DNA of 64,000 bases from an uncultured Chloroflexia bacterium (GCA_963734935.1 CAVTIO010000003.1:214489-278488), one strand, 5' to 3'. Shown: positions 10,587 to 20,933, counted from the stretch's first letter. A program made the numbers and translations. Notes: a model not told the origin generated them from the sequence alone.

Positions 10587-12011
10587 TCATTCGCCGGCGG
10601 TGGCAGGCTCAGCCCCGGGGATCGACCCCGGATCGGTGGCGCCGATCGAGGCGGTCGCCTCGGCCTCGGGCGCATCGACGGCGGTCGGTGCGTCGTCCTC
10701 GGCGTGGGGTAGCGCCGGATGCTCCGGGTGGGCGGCCAGCCAGCGGTCCACCAGGGTCTCCACCACCTGCGTCCGGCGGAGCGTGCTGCGAATGAAGCTC
10801 CGACCCCGCTCGGACTCGAAATAGCGGACCGTCTTGGGATCGCGATAGCGGTTGCGGGCGAGCTCCACCTGCGCCTCGACCTCCTCGTCGGGGACGTCGA
10901 TCCCTTCGACCTCGGCGATCTTGGTCAGCACGAGCAACACCTTGGTCCGCTGCTCGGCGCGCGGCCGGAACTCGGCGTGCAGGTCGTCATTGGTCTTCTC
11001 GGTCGCCTTGAGGTAGGCGTCCTCGCTGATCCCCTGGCGGGTGAGCGTCGAGCGGAACTCGTCGTGCATCACCTCGACCTCCTGGTCCACCAGGGCATCA
11101 GGGAGGTCGATCGTGGCGTTGGCGACCGCGTAGTCGATGATCTTGTCGCTGAACTCGTGGCGGGCTCGGTCCAGCGCGTTGCGCCGCAGCCGGAGCTCGA
11201 CGTCGGCGCGCAGCCCCGGGAGGTCCGGGTACTCACCCATCGAGCGGGCGAACTCGTCATCCGCATCCGGCAGGATCTTCTCGCGCAGCTCCTTGAGCTC
11301 GACCTCGAAGTGCGCCTCCTGGCCGGCCAGTGTTGGTTCGCCGTAGTCCTCGGGGAACATGATCTCGAAGCCCTTCGAGTCACCGGGCCTGAGGCCCACC
11401 AGGTTCGCCTCGAACCCCGGGATCAGACGGTCCTCACCGATCACGAGCGGCATGCGCTCCGCCGACCCGCCTTCGAACGCCTCACCATTGCGGGTGCCCG
11501 CGAAGCCGATGACCGCCCAGTCCCCATCCTTCGCACCCCGATCCTCGACCGCGGCCAGCGTCGCGTTCTGGTCACGGAGCTCCTCGATGACCTTGTCCAC
11601 CTTCTCGTCGTCGATGTCCTCGATCTCCGGCGCGAACTTGAAGTCCGAGTAGTCGCCGAGCGTCACCTCCGGCCGGACCTGGACCGTGGCCTTGAAGCGC
11701 AGAGGCTTGCCCTCGACGGCCTCGACGACCTCGACCTCGGCGTCGGTCAGGGGCACGATCCCCTGCTCGATCACGGCCTCGCGGTAGGTGGACTGCATCA
11801 GCGTCTCGACCGCCTCGTCGAGCACGGCGCTGGGTCCGAGCACGCGCTCCAGGATTGGCCGCGGAGCCTTGCCCGGGCGGAAACCGGGGACGCGCGTCCG
11901 GCGCGACAGACGGCGGACCGCATCGCGCACGGCACGGTCGAGGCGATCGGGGGGAACCTCGATCTCGAGGAGGACGGAGCTCTTGGGGGCGGGTGTGGCT
12001 GTCACTTGCAT
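10587..12011 (-). CDS. tig: trigger factor (ribosome-associated peptidyl-prolyl isomerase/chaperone)
   Basis: [20 protein letters not shown]... N-terminal ribosome-binding domain with the GFRPGKAP motif, FKBP-like middle domain and C-terminal arm. Start moved to 12011. Confidence 0.9.
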   Translation of the reverse strand: MQVTATPAPKSSVLLEIEVPPDRLDRAVRDAVRRLSRRTRVPGFRPGKAPRPILERVLGPSAVLDEAVETLMQSTYREAVIEQGIVPLTDAEVEVVEAVEGKPLRFKATVQVRPEVTLGDYSDFKFAPEIEDIDDEKVDKVIEELRDQNATLAAVEDRGAKDGDWAVIGFAGTRNGEAFEGGSAERMPLVIGEDRLIPGFEANLVGLRPGDSKGFEIMFPEDYGEPTLAGQEAHFEVELKELREKILPDADDEFARSMGEYPDLPGLRADVELRLRRNALDRARHEFSDKIIDYAVANATIDLPDALVDQEVEVMHDEFRSTLTRQGISEDAYLKATEKTNDDLHAEFRPRAEQRTKVLLVLTKIAEVEGIDVPDEEVEAQVELARNRYRDPKTVRYFESERGRSFIRSTLRRTQVVETLVDRWLAAHPEHPALPHAEDDAPTAVDAPEAEATASIGATDPGSIPGAEPATAGE

Positions 12012-12185
12012 CGCCGGCGAGTATAGGGTGGGTCGCCCGGGGGAGGTCGAGCGGAGGTCAACCGGGATCAGGGCCGGGACCCGGCACCGTCCCCTGCACG
12101 GCGGAGCCACCCGCGTGCACCGTGCCGCCGCCGGCATGCGACAGCAGGTGGCCCCGGTCTATCCTCGGCTCCGCAAGCGATGCCA

Positions 12186-12273
12186 GGGCGAGTGGCGGAA
12201 TGGCAGACGCGCCGGCCTTAGGAGCCGGTGTCCCGTGAGGGACGTGTCGGTTCGACCCCGACCTCGCCTACCA
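12186..12273 (+). tRNA. tRNA-Leu (anticodon UAG, reads CUA), type II tRNA with long variable arm, CCA encoded
   Basis: Hand-folded. Acceptor GGGCGAG/CTCGCCT with a G-U pair. D-stem GCG/CGC with a long D-loop. Anticodon stem CCGGC/GCCGG with loop CTTAGGA. Long variable arm GTCCCGTGAGGGACGT. T-stem GTCGG/CCGAC with loop TTCGACC. Discriminator A plus CCA. Confidence 0.85.
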
Positions 12274-12302
12274 CCCCGGTTCGTGGTCGAACGTGATCGG
12301 CA

Positions 12303-12887
12303 TCAGCCCTCGTCGGGTGGCGCACCCCGCGTAGCCGACGGGCGGCGGCCGCGCAGTCGGGCCAGCTGGTCCGTGTAGCCGGCAGCGTCCGGGGCGAACA
12401 GGTCGTGACCGAGCCGGAAGCCGGCACGGAGGGCGATCGGTCGAGCGAACGTCCCGAACAGCGACGTCAGCGTATGCACAACGTTGCGGGTCTCGCCTTC
12501 GGGCGCCTTCTCGCGCAGGTATGCCGCGAACTCGCGCTCGATGGTGCCGCGAACCTGCTCGCCATCGGAGCCGAGCGCCGAGAGAGCCCGATTGATCTCC
12601 TCGGGCAGCATCGAGGCCGGCAACGGGTCGGGCTTGCCGAAGATGGCGCTGCGGGTTCGCCGCAACACCTTGCGAGGGCCGCCCAGCACCAGGAACGTGG
12701 CGCCGGCAGCGAGACCGACGGTCCTGACCGGCTCGCGTCGGATCTTGGCCTTGAGATCGACTGCCGCCCGGGCCGATGCCTCGAGCCGCTCGAGCTCCTC
12801 GCCCACCGCCAGTCGTGCCTCACGCGCCTCGTGGCGAGCGGCAACCACCCCCGGGCGACCGGCGAGAATCTCTTCGGGTGCGTTCAT
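12303..12887 (-). CDS. hypothetical protein, downstream partner of the Holin-X-like gene (one predicted TM segment)
   Basis: Start MNAPEEILAGRPG at 12887 overlaps the upstream stop (ATGA). Central hydrophobic segment VGLAAGATFLVLGG. The track's upstream His/Arg-rich extension is rejected. Confidence 0.55.
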   Translation of the reverse strand: MNAPEEILAGRPGVVAARHEAREARLAVGEELERLEASARAAVDLKAKIRREPVRTVGLAAGATFLVLGGPRKVLRRTRSAIFGKPDPLPASMLPEEINRALSALGSDGEQVRGTIEREFAAYLREKAPEGETRNVVHTLTSLFGTFARPIALRAGFRLGHDLFAPDAAGYTDQLARLRGRRPSATRGAPPDEG

Positions 12888-13891
12888 GACTTCGGTGCGA
12901 ACGGGACCTTCGACTTCGCCCACTCGATGGTCTCCTTCGTGGTGTCGATGGTGGCCTGCGGCATGAACCGCGCCTTGAGCGCTTCGGTGTCGATCCCTTC
13001 CCGAGCGACGCGGCCCGCCATCAAGGCAGACCAGGAAGCCAGCCCCACGGCGACCCCCAGCGCGATCCCGACGCGCCACCCGAACGTGATCGCGAGGAAC
13101 GCGCCCAGCATCGCACCGAGGATGAACCCAGACACGGTGCCGGCGACGATCGAGCCCGCATCCCGGGACCTGGCACCGAGCACAAGTCCACTCAGCGCAC
13201 CGACCACACCCACGACCAGCGCACCCGTGGCGAGCGGGCGCCAGGCGGGCTCGCCGAGGTTGATCGCGTCGCCGATACGCCGAAACAGCTCATTCGGGAG
13301 ATTGAGCCCGAGCACGACGGCCACGACCAGGCCGATCACGAACGCGAGGAGCAGGTCGATCCCGAGGCGAGGCACCCGGACCGCGACCAGCACCAGCATG
13401 ATCGCGACGGCGACGAGCAGCTCCGAACCGAGCAGCACGCCCCACCCGATGGACCCGAAGATCCATTCGCCGGTGAACAGGATCAGGCCGATCGGCAGCA
13501 GGAATGCCAGGAGGATCAGTAGCGCGATGGCCCCACCGCCGAGACCCGCCGCGCGGCCGACCTCGCCCTTGATCTCGTCCGCCTCGGCGCGGGCGAGGTC
13601 CATGTGCGCCCGCACCATGCGCGTCACCGCACCGAACGTCGCACCCAGCTGCTCCCGGAGGCCGGGCGGCTTCGGCGGTCGAGAGTGGCGCGATCGAGAC
13701 CCGCGGCCCGATGCGGAGCCCGAGGGCCGCTGCGCCTCCGAGGCCGGGGGTGGGCCTGATGCGGGCGACGTGCGGGACGCCGAGGTCGCCTCGGCGTCAC
13801 CAGCCCCGGCACTCACATCGGGACCGCCGGTACCGGCGGCGGTACCGGCTCCCTCGGTGCTGGGCGCCACGGGCCCGTCGGTGGGCGGCAC
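12884..13891 (-). CDS. Holin-X-like (phage holin superfamily III / actinobacterial DUF-type) membrane protein with a low-complexity Ser/Pro/Gly N-terminus
   Basis: LREQLGATFGAVTRMVRAHMDLARAEADEIKGEVGRAAGLGGGAIALLILLAFLL resembles the Holin-X signature. It is followed by four or more TM helices. The true start may be internal (MVRAHMDL or MDLARAE). Confidence 0.5.
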   Translation of the reverse strand: MPPTDGPVAPSTEGAGTAAGTGGPDVSAGAGDAEATSASRTSPASGPPPASEAQRPSGSASGRGSRSRHSRPPKPPGLREQLGATFGAVTRMVRAHMDLARAEADEIKGEVGRAAGLGGGAIALLILLAFLLPIGLILFTGEWIFGSIGWGVLLGSELLVAVAIMLVLVAVRVPRLGIDLLLAFVIGLVVAVVLGLNLPNELFRRIGDAINLGEPAWRPLATGALVVGVVGALSGLVLGARSRDAGSIVAGTVSGFILGAMLGAFLAITFGWRVGIALGVAVGLASWSALMAGRVAREGIDTEALKARFMPQATIDTTKETIEWAKSKVPFAPKS

Positions 13892-14032
13892 GGTGCCGTC
13901 GGGGTTGGGTTCGGGGTTCGGCCCGGTCGGATCCAGTGGTCGTTCTCCCGGAGGGGTGGGCTACGGGGTCTCGGGGGACGGCCGAATCATAGCAGCGGCG
14001 CTCGAGGCCGCCTCCACGGTACTCTCCGCCGC

Positions 14033-15277
14033 ATGTCCCAGGCCACCGCCACCGACGCCCCGACCGGCTCGGACCGCTCGTTGCTCACGGCAGAGCTGCT
14101 CGCGGTCGGGAGCGAGCTCGTGGCCGGGGAGACGCTCGACACCAACTCGACCGAGCTGGCTCGCTCTCTGGTCTCCCACGGCGCGACCGTGGGCCGGATC
14201 CAGAACCTCCCCGACCATCTCCCGGTGGTGGTCGGCGAGCTGCGCCTGGCGCTCGCCCGTTCCGACCTTGTGGTGACGACCGGTGGACTCGGTCCGACGC
14301 CCGATGACCTGACGCGCGAGGCGGTGGCGGAGGCCTGCGACGAGGCCACGTTCGTTGACCCGGACACGCTGGCGTGGCTGCGGGAGCGCTGGCGCCGTCG
14401 TCGCCTGCCGTTTCCGGACGCGAACATCAAGCAAGCGTGGCTGATCCCGTCCGCGACCGGCCTCCCGAACCCTCACGGGTCTGCGCCGGGCTGGTGGGTG
14501 GACCGCCCCGACGGACGCGTCATCGTCCTGCTCCCCGGCCCGCCGCGAGAGATGCGCCCCATGTGGACCAACGAGGTGCTGCCGAGGCTTTCGGCCCGAG
14601 GCCTGGGGGCCGACCTCGAGGTCCGCACGCTGCGTCTTCACGGGATCGGCGAGTCGCAGCTGGTCGGTGACCTGGGCGAGGCGCTGCTGCGCCGCGCCAA
14701 CCCGATCGTGGCGACCTATGCGCGCCGTGACGCCGTCGACATCAGGATCTCCGCGCGGGCCGGCGACGATCACTCCGCCGTCGAGCTCGCCGACGAGGCG
14801 GAGCGCGCCGTGCTGGCGGCGGTGGGCGATCACGTCTGGGCGCGAGGCAGCACGACCTGGGCCCAGGCGATCGATGCGGCGCTGGCCGAGCATGGCTGGA
14901 CGCTGGCGATCCGGGAGCGCGGCTCGGCGGGCGCGCTGGTCAGCCTGCTGCGCGGGGTCACCGCGCTCCGTCACGCGGACGTGCTGGCCGGACCCGGCGA
15001 TACCGGCGAGCCCGGCGGCAGGACGGACGGGCCACGGACTGACGCCGGAGATCCAGACGATGCCGATCTGGTCCGGCATGCGGGCGAGACGGACGTGGGT
15101 CTGTCGATCCGGATCGAGCCCGCCGACGACGACCTCGACGTCCGGGTTGCCGTCGCGACCCCGGCAGGCGATCGTCGCGAGCGCCACCGCGCCCTGATGC
15201 ACGGCGTGGTCGGTGAGGATCGCGCGGCAATCGCCGCGGCGGCCGTGCTGCTGTCGGTGCTGCGCGAGCCGATGTGA
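14033..15277 (+). CDS. cinA: CinA family protein: competence/damage-inducible protein A (MoCF-binding domain + NMN amidohydrolase PncC-like domain)
   Basis: N-terminal LLTAELLAVGSELVAGETLDTNS and VVTTGGLGPTPDDLTREA (MoaB/MogA-like fold). C-terminal CinA domain. Confidence 0.85.
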   Translation: MSQATATDAPTGSDRSLLTAELLAVGSELVAGETLDTNSTELARSLVSHGATVGRIQNLPDHLPVVVGELRLALARSDLVVTTGGLGPTPDDLTREAVAEACDEATFVDPDTLAWLRERWRRRRLPFPDANIKQAWLIPSATGLPNPHGSAPGWWVDRPDGRVIVLLPGPPREMRPMWTNEVLPRLSARGLGADLEVRTLRLHGIGESQLVGDLGEALLRRANPIVATYARRDAVDIRISARAGDDHSAVELADEAERAVLAAVGDHVWARGSTTWAQAIDAALAEHGWTLAIRERGSAGALVSLLRGVTALRHADVLAGPGDTGEPGGRTDGPRTDAGDPDDADLVRHAGETDVGLSIRIEPADDDLDVRVAVATPAGDRRERHRALMHGVVGEDRAAIAAAAVLLSVLREPM

Positions 15278-15326
15278 GTCCGTCGGCGCCCGATTCTCGC
15301 CTCCGCCGCCCTGGTGACCAGCCGAC

Positions 15327-16061
15327 CTAGCGACGCGCCGCCCGTCGCAGCCCCGGCAGGTCGAGGATCACGATGGCATCGCGATCGAGACGGATCAGTC
15401 CATCGTCCACGAGCCAGCCAAGCATCTTGTTCACGCTCTGGCGGGTGCTGCCGACCATGGCTGCCAGCTCGCTCTGCGTGATGGGGCCGTCGAGCGGGAT
15501 CTCCTCACCCGACCCAGACGTGCCTTGCTCCTCGGCCAGCCTGACCAGACGCGCGGCCAGACGGCCGGCGATGTCCAGGAAATGAAGCTCCTCGACGTGC
15601 GTCGTCAGGCGACGAACCTCGTTCGCGAGCTGCATGATCACGTGATCGCGGATCGCAGGGACCTCGTCGATGAGCTGCCGGAATCGCTCGCGCGGAACCG
15701 TCAGCGTCTCGGTCGCCTCGACCGCCGTTGCCGATGCCGATCGTGGCGCCCCGTCAAGGAGCGCCAGCGCGCCGAAGAACTCGTTTCCACGCAGCGTTGC
15801 AAGGATCGCCTCGCCACCGCCATCGCCCGTGGTCCAGATCTTCACCCGTCCGCTGAGCACCACGTACAAGCCGTCCCCAGTCTCGCCCTGACGGAAGATC
15901 ACGTCGCCACGGCGGTACCGTCGGGTCCTGACCGTGGCGGCCAGCGCCGCCAGGTCATCGCGCTGCAGGTCCCGGAACAGCGGCATGCACTCGAGGGCTG
16001 CCTCGAGGCGAGCCTCACGCGCCGCTGGACGCACGCCGGCCGTCGATCGAGCGGGGCTCAT
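15327..16061 (-). CDS. Crp/Fnr family transcriptional regulator
   Basis: N-terminal cNMP-binding beta-roll (RGDVIFRQGETGDGLYVVLSGRVKI). C-terminal HTH TRQSVNKMLGWLVDDGLI. Confidence 0.85.
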   Translation of the reverse strand: MSPARSTAGVRPAAREARLEAALECMPLFRDLQRDDLAALAATVRTRRYRRGDVIFRQGETGDGLYVVLSGRVKIWTTGDGGGEAILATLRGNEFFGALALLDGAPRSASATAVEATETLTVPRERFRQLIDEVPAIRDHVIMQLANEVRRLTTHVEELHFLDIAGRLAARLVRLAEEQGTSGSGEEIPLDGPITQSELAAMVGSTRQSVNKMLGWLVDDGLIRLDRDAIVILDLPGLRRAARR

Positions 16062-16091
16062 CGTGCCATCTCGGCCAGGTGCGTACGCCGA

Positions 16092-17168
16092 TCAGCTGAC
16101 CGACAGCACGGGGGCCTGGTTGGTCTCCGCGCGAACGCTCATGCGCGCGGCAACCTGGCCGGCGACATTCTCCAGCGCCTCAGCCGCGGCGCCGGGCTCT
16201 CGCTGGGCGACGGCGGGCACCCCGGCATCGCCGCCTTGACGGACGGTCACGTCGAGCGGGATCTTGCCCAGGAAGTCGAGGTTGTGCTCGGCCGCGAAAC
16301 GCTCGCCGCCGCCACGGCCGAAGATCTCGGTCGCCTCGCCGCAGTGGGGACACACGAACGCGCTCATGTTCTCGACCAGGCCGATGACCGGCACGTTGAG
16401 TCGTTCCAGCATCGCCAGCGCCTTGCCCACGTCCGAGAGCGCCACGTCCTGGGGCGTCGTCACCAGCACGGTGCCGCTGATCGGCACCGCCTGGGCGAGC
16501 GTCAACTGCGCGTCGGACGTTCCGGGCGGCAGGTCGACGACCAGGTAATCGAGCTCGCCCCACTCGACGTCCCGCAGGAACTGCGAGATCGCGCCGCCGA
16601 TCAGCGGGCCGCGCCACACGATGGGCTGGCCCTCGGGCACGAAGAACTGGATCGAGATGACCTTCACGCCATGTCGCTCGAGGGGCACGATCCGATTGTT
16701 CTCACTGGCGACCGGCTGGCCCTCGACGCCCAGCATCATGGGGATGTTGGGACCCGTGATGTCGGCGTCCAGCAGACCAACCGACGCACCCGCGCGCGCG
16801 AGCGCCACGGCGAGATTGACGCTCACCGTGCTCTTGCCCACGCCACCCTTGCCGGAAGCCACCGCCAGGACGTTCTTGACGCCGGGGAGGAGCTGCTCGG
16901 CCGATCGCGGAGCCGCGCGCCGGACGGTGGCGCCCCAGGTGATCGACACATCGGTCACGCCAACCGGCTCGAGGGCGCGCCTCGCCTCCGCCTCGATCTG
17001 GTCCTTGAGCGGACAGGCCGGCGTGGTGAGCTCGATCGTGAACGCGACATGAGATCCGTCGATGGAGAGGTCGCGAACCATGTTCCGGGTCACGAGGTCA
17101 CCGCCCAGCTCTGGCTCCTGGACGGTACGGAGGGCATCGAGGACGGCGGACTCGGGGATGGAGGTCAT
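16092..17168 (-). CDS. mrp: Mrp/ApbC/NBP35 family iron-sulfur cluster carrier ATPase with N-terminal DUF59 domain
   Basis: Deviant Walker A GKGGVGKSTVSVNLAVALA. CxxC motif FVCPHCGE. N-terminal MIP18/DUF59 domain. Confidence 0.9.
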   Translation of the reverse strand: MTSIPESAVLDALRTVQEPELGGDLVTRNMVRDLSIDGSHVAFTIELTTPACPLKDQIEAEARRALEPVGVTDVSITWGATVRRAAPRSAEQLLPGVKNVLAVASGKGGVGKSTVSVNLAVALARAGASVGLLDADITGPNIPMMLGVEGQPVASENNRIVPLERHGVKVISIQFFVPEGQPIVWRGPLIGGAISQFLRDVEWGELDYLVVDLPPGTSDAQLTLAQAVPISGTVLVTTPQDVALSDVGKALAMLERLNVPVIGLVENMSAFVCPHCGEATEIFGRGGGERFAAEHNLDFLGKIPLDVTVRQGGDAGVPAVAQREPGAAAEALENVAGQVAARMSVRAETNQAPVLSVS

Positions 17169-17494
17169 GCGGTGGCTGCTCTCGCTTCTACGCGGCCCGG
17201 GCAGGGCCGACCATGAGGTGAACCTGGGGCCAATGACGTGGACCCTAATCGTACCCGCGAGTCGCCCGAACCCGGTCGAGCGTCCGAAGCGTGCGATTCA
17301 CCCGGGACAAGTCGGGTGCGAATCTGCGAATCTCGTACTGTCCGGAGACCAAACCGCGACGTATCGTCGATTTGACACTGAAGAGTCCAGACGCCTATCG
17401 TTCGAGCCCCGAAGGGGCGTCGACGTGCAGCGTCCGCACGGCCGCCGGGTCGGACCTGGCAGCCCCGGTGCAGAACGAGGAGGGTGCCTCACCC

Positions 17495-18649
17495 GTGCGC
17501 CACGTCGACGTGCGCCTCATCCAGGTCACCAAGGCCTTCGGCGATGTCCTGGCGGTCGATCACATCGACCTCGAGGTCGAAGACGGCGACTTCTTCAGTC
17601 TCCTTGGACCCTCGGGCTGCGGGAAGACGACCACGCTGCGCATGATCGGTGGCTTCGAGCAACCGACCAGCGGTGTGATCGAGCTGCACGATCAGGACGT
17701 GACCTGGCTGCCGCCCTACCAGCGCAACGTGAACACGGTGTTCCAGAACTACGCGCTGTTTCCGCACCTCACGATCTTCGAGAACGTCGCCTTCGGGCTG
17801 CGGCGCAAGAAGGTGAAGGATTCCGAGATCAAGTCGCGCGTCACCGAGATGCTGCAGCTGGTCGAGCTGCCGGGCTATGAACGGCGCAAGCCGAACCAGA
17901 TCTCGGGCGGCCAGGCCCAGCGGGTGGCGCTGGCGCGGGCGCTGATCAACCGCCCGTCGGTCCTGCTGCTCGACGAGCCGCTGGGGGCCCTCGACCTCAA
18001 GCTGCGCAAGCAGATGCAGGTTGAGCTCAAGCGCATCCAGCAGGAAGTCGGGATCACCTTCATCTACGTCACGCACGACCAGGAAGAGGCGATGACGATG
18101 TCCGATCGCATCGCCGTCATGAACGGGGGACGATACGAGCAGCTGGGTGATCCGCAGAGCCTCTACGAGCGGCCGGCCACCCGCTTCGTGGCAGGCTTCC
18201 TGGGCGTCAGCAACCTGCTTCCCGGCACCATGGCCGGGGTCGAGGGCAGCTTCGGCGTCGTGCGGCTTGACGACGAGACGACGATCCGGATCCCGGCCGA
18301 CCTCGCAGGCACGGGCCGGCTCGAGGTCGGCGTCCGGCCCGAGAAGATCCAGCTCGGACCAGAGACCGCGGACTCGACCGGGTCGGCCCTGAACCGGCTC
18401 AGGGGCATCATCGCCGACGCCTCCTACCTCGGCGTCAGCACCCAGTACCAGGTCCGGACGCGAGGCGGCCAGACCATCAGCGTGTACGAGCAGAACACCA
18501 AGCGAACCGAGTCCGGCTCGCTGCACCGACAGGGCGACGAGGTCTACCTGACCTGGGCGCCCGATCACACCTTCGTCGTCGCGGGGAACGGCGAGCAGCC
18601 ATCACCGCCGGTCGAGGATCCGGCGGTCACCGTCGGAGGAGACCGATGA
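17495..18649 (+). CDS. potA: spermidine/putrescine ABC transporter ATP-binding protein
   Basis: Walker A GPSGCGKTT, LSGGQAQRVALARAL signature, Walker B LLLDEPLGALD, and C-terminal TOBE/MOP domain. Start set to GTG at 17495 with a GAGGAGGG RBS. The track's 68-aa N-terminal extension is unsupported. Confidence 0.85.
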   Translation: MRHVDVRLIQVTKAFGDVLAVDHIDLEVEDGDFFSLLGPSGCGKTTTLRMIGGFEQPTSGVIELHDQDVTWLPPYQRNVNTVFQNYALFPHLTIFENVAFGLRRKKVKDSEIKSRVTEMLQLVELPGYERRKPNQISGGQAQRVALARALINRPSVLLLDEPLGALDLKLRKQMQVELKRIQQEVGITFIYVTHDQEEAMTMSDRIAVMNGGRYEQLGDPQSLYERPATRFVAGFLGVSNLLPGTMAGVEGSFGVVRLDDETTIRIPADLAGTGRLEVGVRPEKIQLGPETADSTGSALNRLRGIIADASYLGVSTQYQVRTRGGQTISVYEQNTKRTESGSLHRQGDEVYLTWAPDHTFVVAGNGEQPSPPVEDPAVTVGGDR

Positions 18650-19884
18650 CCGACCTCAGAAACCCCCTCGACCGAGGCGTCAGCCGCCGACGCTTCCTGC
18701 AGGGCACGGGGCTCGTTGGCGTGAGCGCCTTTCTGGCCGCGTGCAGCACGAGCGGCACCGCCACGCAGGCACCGACGGCCGCGCCGTCAACAGCACCCGG
18801 TTCGATGGCCCCCGAGTCCATGGCGCCCGAGTCCATGGCGCCAACCCCGGAGCCGACGCCCGCGGACGTCCTTCATTTCGCGAACTGGCCGCTGTACATC
18901 GATACCGACGACAACGACTCGACCAAGCACGCGTCGCTGGAGGCGTTCACCGCCGAGTACGGCACGACCGTGGACTACTCCGAGGTCATCAACGACAACG
19001 AGGAGTTCTTCGGCGCGATCAAGGCCCCGCTGCAGGCGGGACAGGACACCGGCTGGGACCTGATCACGCTGACCCAGTGGATGGCCGCGCGCCTGGTGCG
19101 CCTGGGCTGGCTCGAGGAGTTCGACAAGTCGGTGATCCCGAACTACGTCAATAACCTCGAGGACGCGTACGTCGCACCTGACTTCGACCCCGAGAACAAG
19201 TACCACGCCCCGTGGCAGGGCGGCATGACCGGCCTCGGCTACGACAAGAAGGTCACCGGCCAGCTGAACTCGCTCGACGCGCTGTGGAACCCGAAGTGGG
19301 CGGGCAAGATCACGTACCTCACGGAGATGCGCGATTCCGTCGGCCTGACGCTGCTGAAGCTGGGCTACGAACCCGCGACGGTGACCGACGAGCAGTACAC
19401 CGAGGCGATCGCGGCCATGCAGCAGTCGGTGGACGACGGGATCGTCCGCCGCTTCACCGGCAACGAATACGCCGAGGATCTCGTGTCCGGCGATGTCGTG
19501 CTCGCCATGGCCTGGTCGGGCGACATCATCCAGAAGCAGGCGGATCGGGCCTCGCTCGAGTTCACCGTACCCGACCAGGGTGCGATGCTGTGGTACGACA
19601 ACCTCCTCATCCCCAAGGGTGCCGAGCACAAGTACACGGCCGAGCTCTACATCAACTTCTACTACCAGCCGGACATCGCGGCCGAGGTCGAGGCCTGGGT
19701 CAACTACATCTGTCCGGTCAAGGGCGCCAAGGAGGAGATGGTCAAGATCGATCCCGAGCTCGCCGACAGCCCGCTGATCTTCCCGCCGCCGGACGTGGTC
19801 GCGAAGCTCCACAGCTTCCGCTCGCTCGACGAGTCTGAGGAGCAGCGCTACAACGACCAGTTCTCGACCCTGATCGGGCTGTAG
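18646..19884 (+). CDS. potD: spermidine/putrescine ABC transporter substrate-binding protein (Tat/lipoprotein-type signal)
   Basis: RRRFLQGTGLVGVSAFLAACS Tat motif plus lipobox. PotD/PotF family periplasmic binding fold. ATGA overlap with potA. Confidence 0.85.
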   Translation: MTDLRNPLDRGVSRRRFLQGTGLVGVSAFLAACSTSGTATQAPTAAPSTAPGSMAPESMAPESMAPTPEPTPADVLHFANWPLYIDTDDNDSTKHASLEAFTAEYGTTVDYSEVINDNEEFFGAIKAPLQAGQDTGWDLITLTQWMAARLVRLGWLEEFDKSVIPNYVNNLEDAYVAPDFDPENKYHAPWQGGMTGLGYDKKVTGQLNSLDALWNPKWAGKITYLTEMRDSVGLTLLKLGYEPATVTDEQYTEAIAAMQQSVDDGIVRRFTGNEYAEDLVSGDVVLAMAWSGDIIQKQADRASLEFTVPDQGAMLWYDNLLIPKGAEHKYTAELYINFYYQPDIAAEVEAWVNYICPVKGAKEEMVKIDPELADSPLIFPPPDVVAKLHSFRSLDESEEQRYNDQFSTLIGL

Positions 19885-19916
19885 CCCCGCCAGCAACGAC
19901 GCGGAGGCGATCGGCC

Positions 19917-20933
19917 ATGGGTGTCCTGATCAAGCGCTACGGGCGGGCGGTTCCGTACCTCCTCCTGGCGCCGGGCATCCTGTGGCTGATCGTCTTCTAC
20001 GCCTATCCCTCGCTCCAGATCCTGATTGCGTCGTTCTGGTCGGGCACCCTCGAGACGGGCTTCACGTTCTCGCTGTCGAACTGGACCACGTACCCGGAGG
20101 CGCTCGACCGCTACTCCGAGCAGTTCCTGCGCTCGATCCTGTATGCGGGGTCGGCGACCATCCTCACCCTCCTGATCGCCTACCCACTCGCGTACACGAT
20201 CGCGTTTCGGGGCGGACGCTACAAGAACCTGCTGCTGTTCCTGGTCGTGGCCCCGTTCCTGACCAGCTTCCTGCTGCGCACCATCAGCTGGAAGATCATC
20301 CTGGGTGACACCGGCATCGTCCTCGGCCCGCTCAAGGACCTCGGGTTCCTCGACCCGGAGTTTCGGGTTCTGGCCACCCCGGTCGCCGTGATCTCGGGGA
20401 TCACCTACGCGTTCCTGCCGTTCATGACCCTGCCCATCTACGTCTCGATCGAGAAGGTGGACCGGCGGCTTGTCGAGGCTGCCCAGGACCTGTACGCCGG
20501 CCCGTGGCGACCGGGCGGCACCGTCGCTGGCGCCATCTTCAGCGGCGCGCTGTTCGGTGTGCTCGCATACGCCTTCCAATGGCCCTATGTGCCGATGATC
20601 GCGGTCGGGGCGCTCGCCGGCGCCGTCATCGGCACATTGTTCCTGTCCCAGTCGTTCCTGCGCATCACGCTTCCGCTGTCGCTGCCCGGGGTGTTCGCCG
20701 GATCGTTGCTGGTCATGATCCCCGCCATGGGCGACTACGTGAACTCGTCCCTGCTGGGCAACACCAGCACCAACATGATCGGCAACGTGATCCAGAGCCG
20801 GTTCCTGACCAATGCCGACTATCCCACCGCCTCGGCGCTGAGCTTCATGCTGATGGCCATGATCCTGGTCGCGGTCACCATCTACGGGCGCATGCTGGGC
20901 ACCGAGAACCTCACCTCGAGCCGTGGGCTCTGA
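19917..20933 (+). CDS. potB: spermidine/putrescine ABC transporter permease
   Basis: 6-TM BPD_transp_1 permease with an EAA-like loop. Confidence 0.85.
   Translation: MGVLIKRYGRAVPYLLLAPGILWLIVFYAYPSLQILIASFWSGTLETGFTFSLSNWTTYPEALDRYSEQFLRSILYAGSATILTLLIAYPLAYTIAFRGGRYKNLLLFLVVAPFLTSFLLRTISWKIILGDTGIVLGPLKDLGFLDPEFRVLATPVAVISGITYAFLPFMTLPIYVSIEKVDRRLVEAAQDLYAGPWRPGGTVAGAIFSGALFGVLAYAFQWPYVPMIAVGALAGAVIGTLFLSQSFLRITLPLSLPGVFAGSLLVMIPAMGDYVNSSLLGNTSTNMIGNVIQSRFLTNADYPTASALSFMLMAMILVAVTIYGRMLGTENLTSSRGL

Noticed and set aside
12186-13891. Possible prophage remnant at tRNA-Leu
   Set aside because: There is no integrase, no terminase or capsid genes, and no direct repeat of the tRNA 3' end visible in the window. 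Only the Holin-X-like pair is phage-related. I therefore did not call a mobile element; it is kept as a finding instead.
12405-15202. ORFs 12405..14276 (plus, 623 aa) and 13961..15202 (minus, 413 aa)
   Set aside because: They are antisense to the Holin-X pair and to cinA respectively. The sense genes have recognisable motifs and coupled start/stop overlaps.
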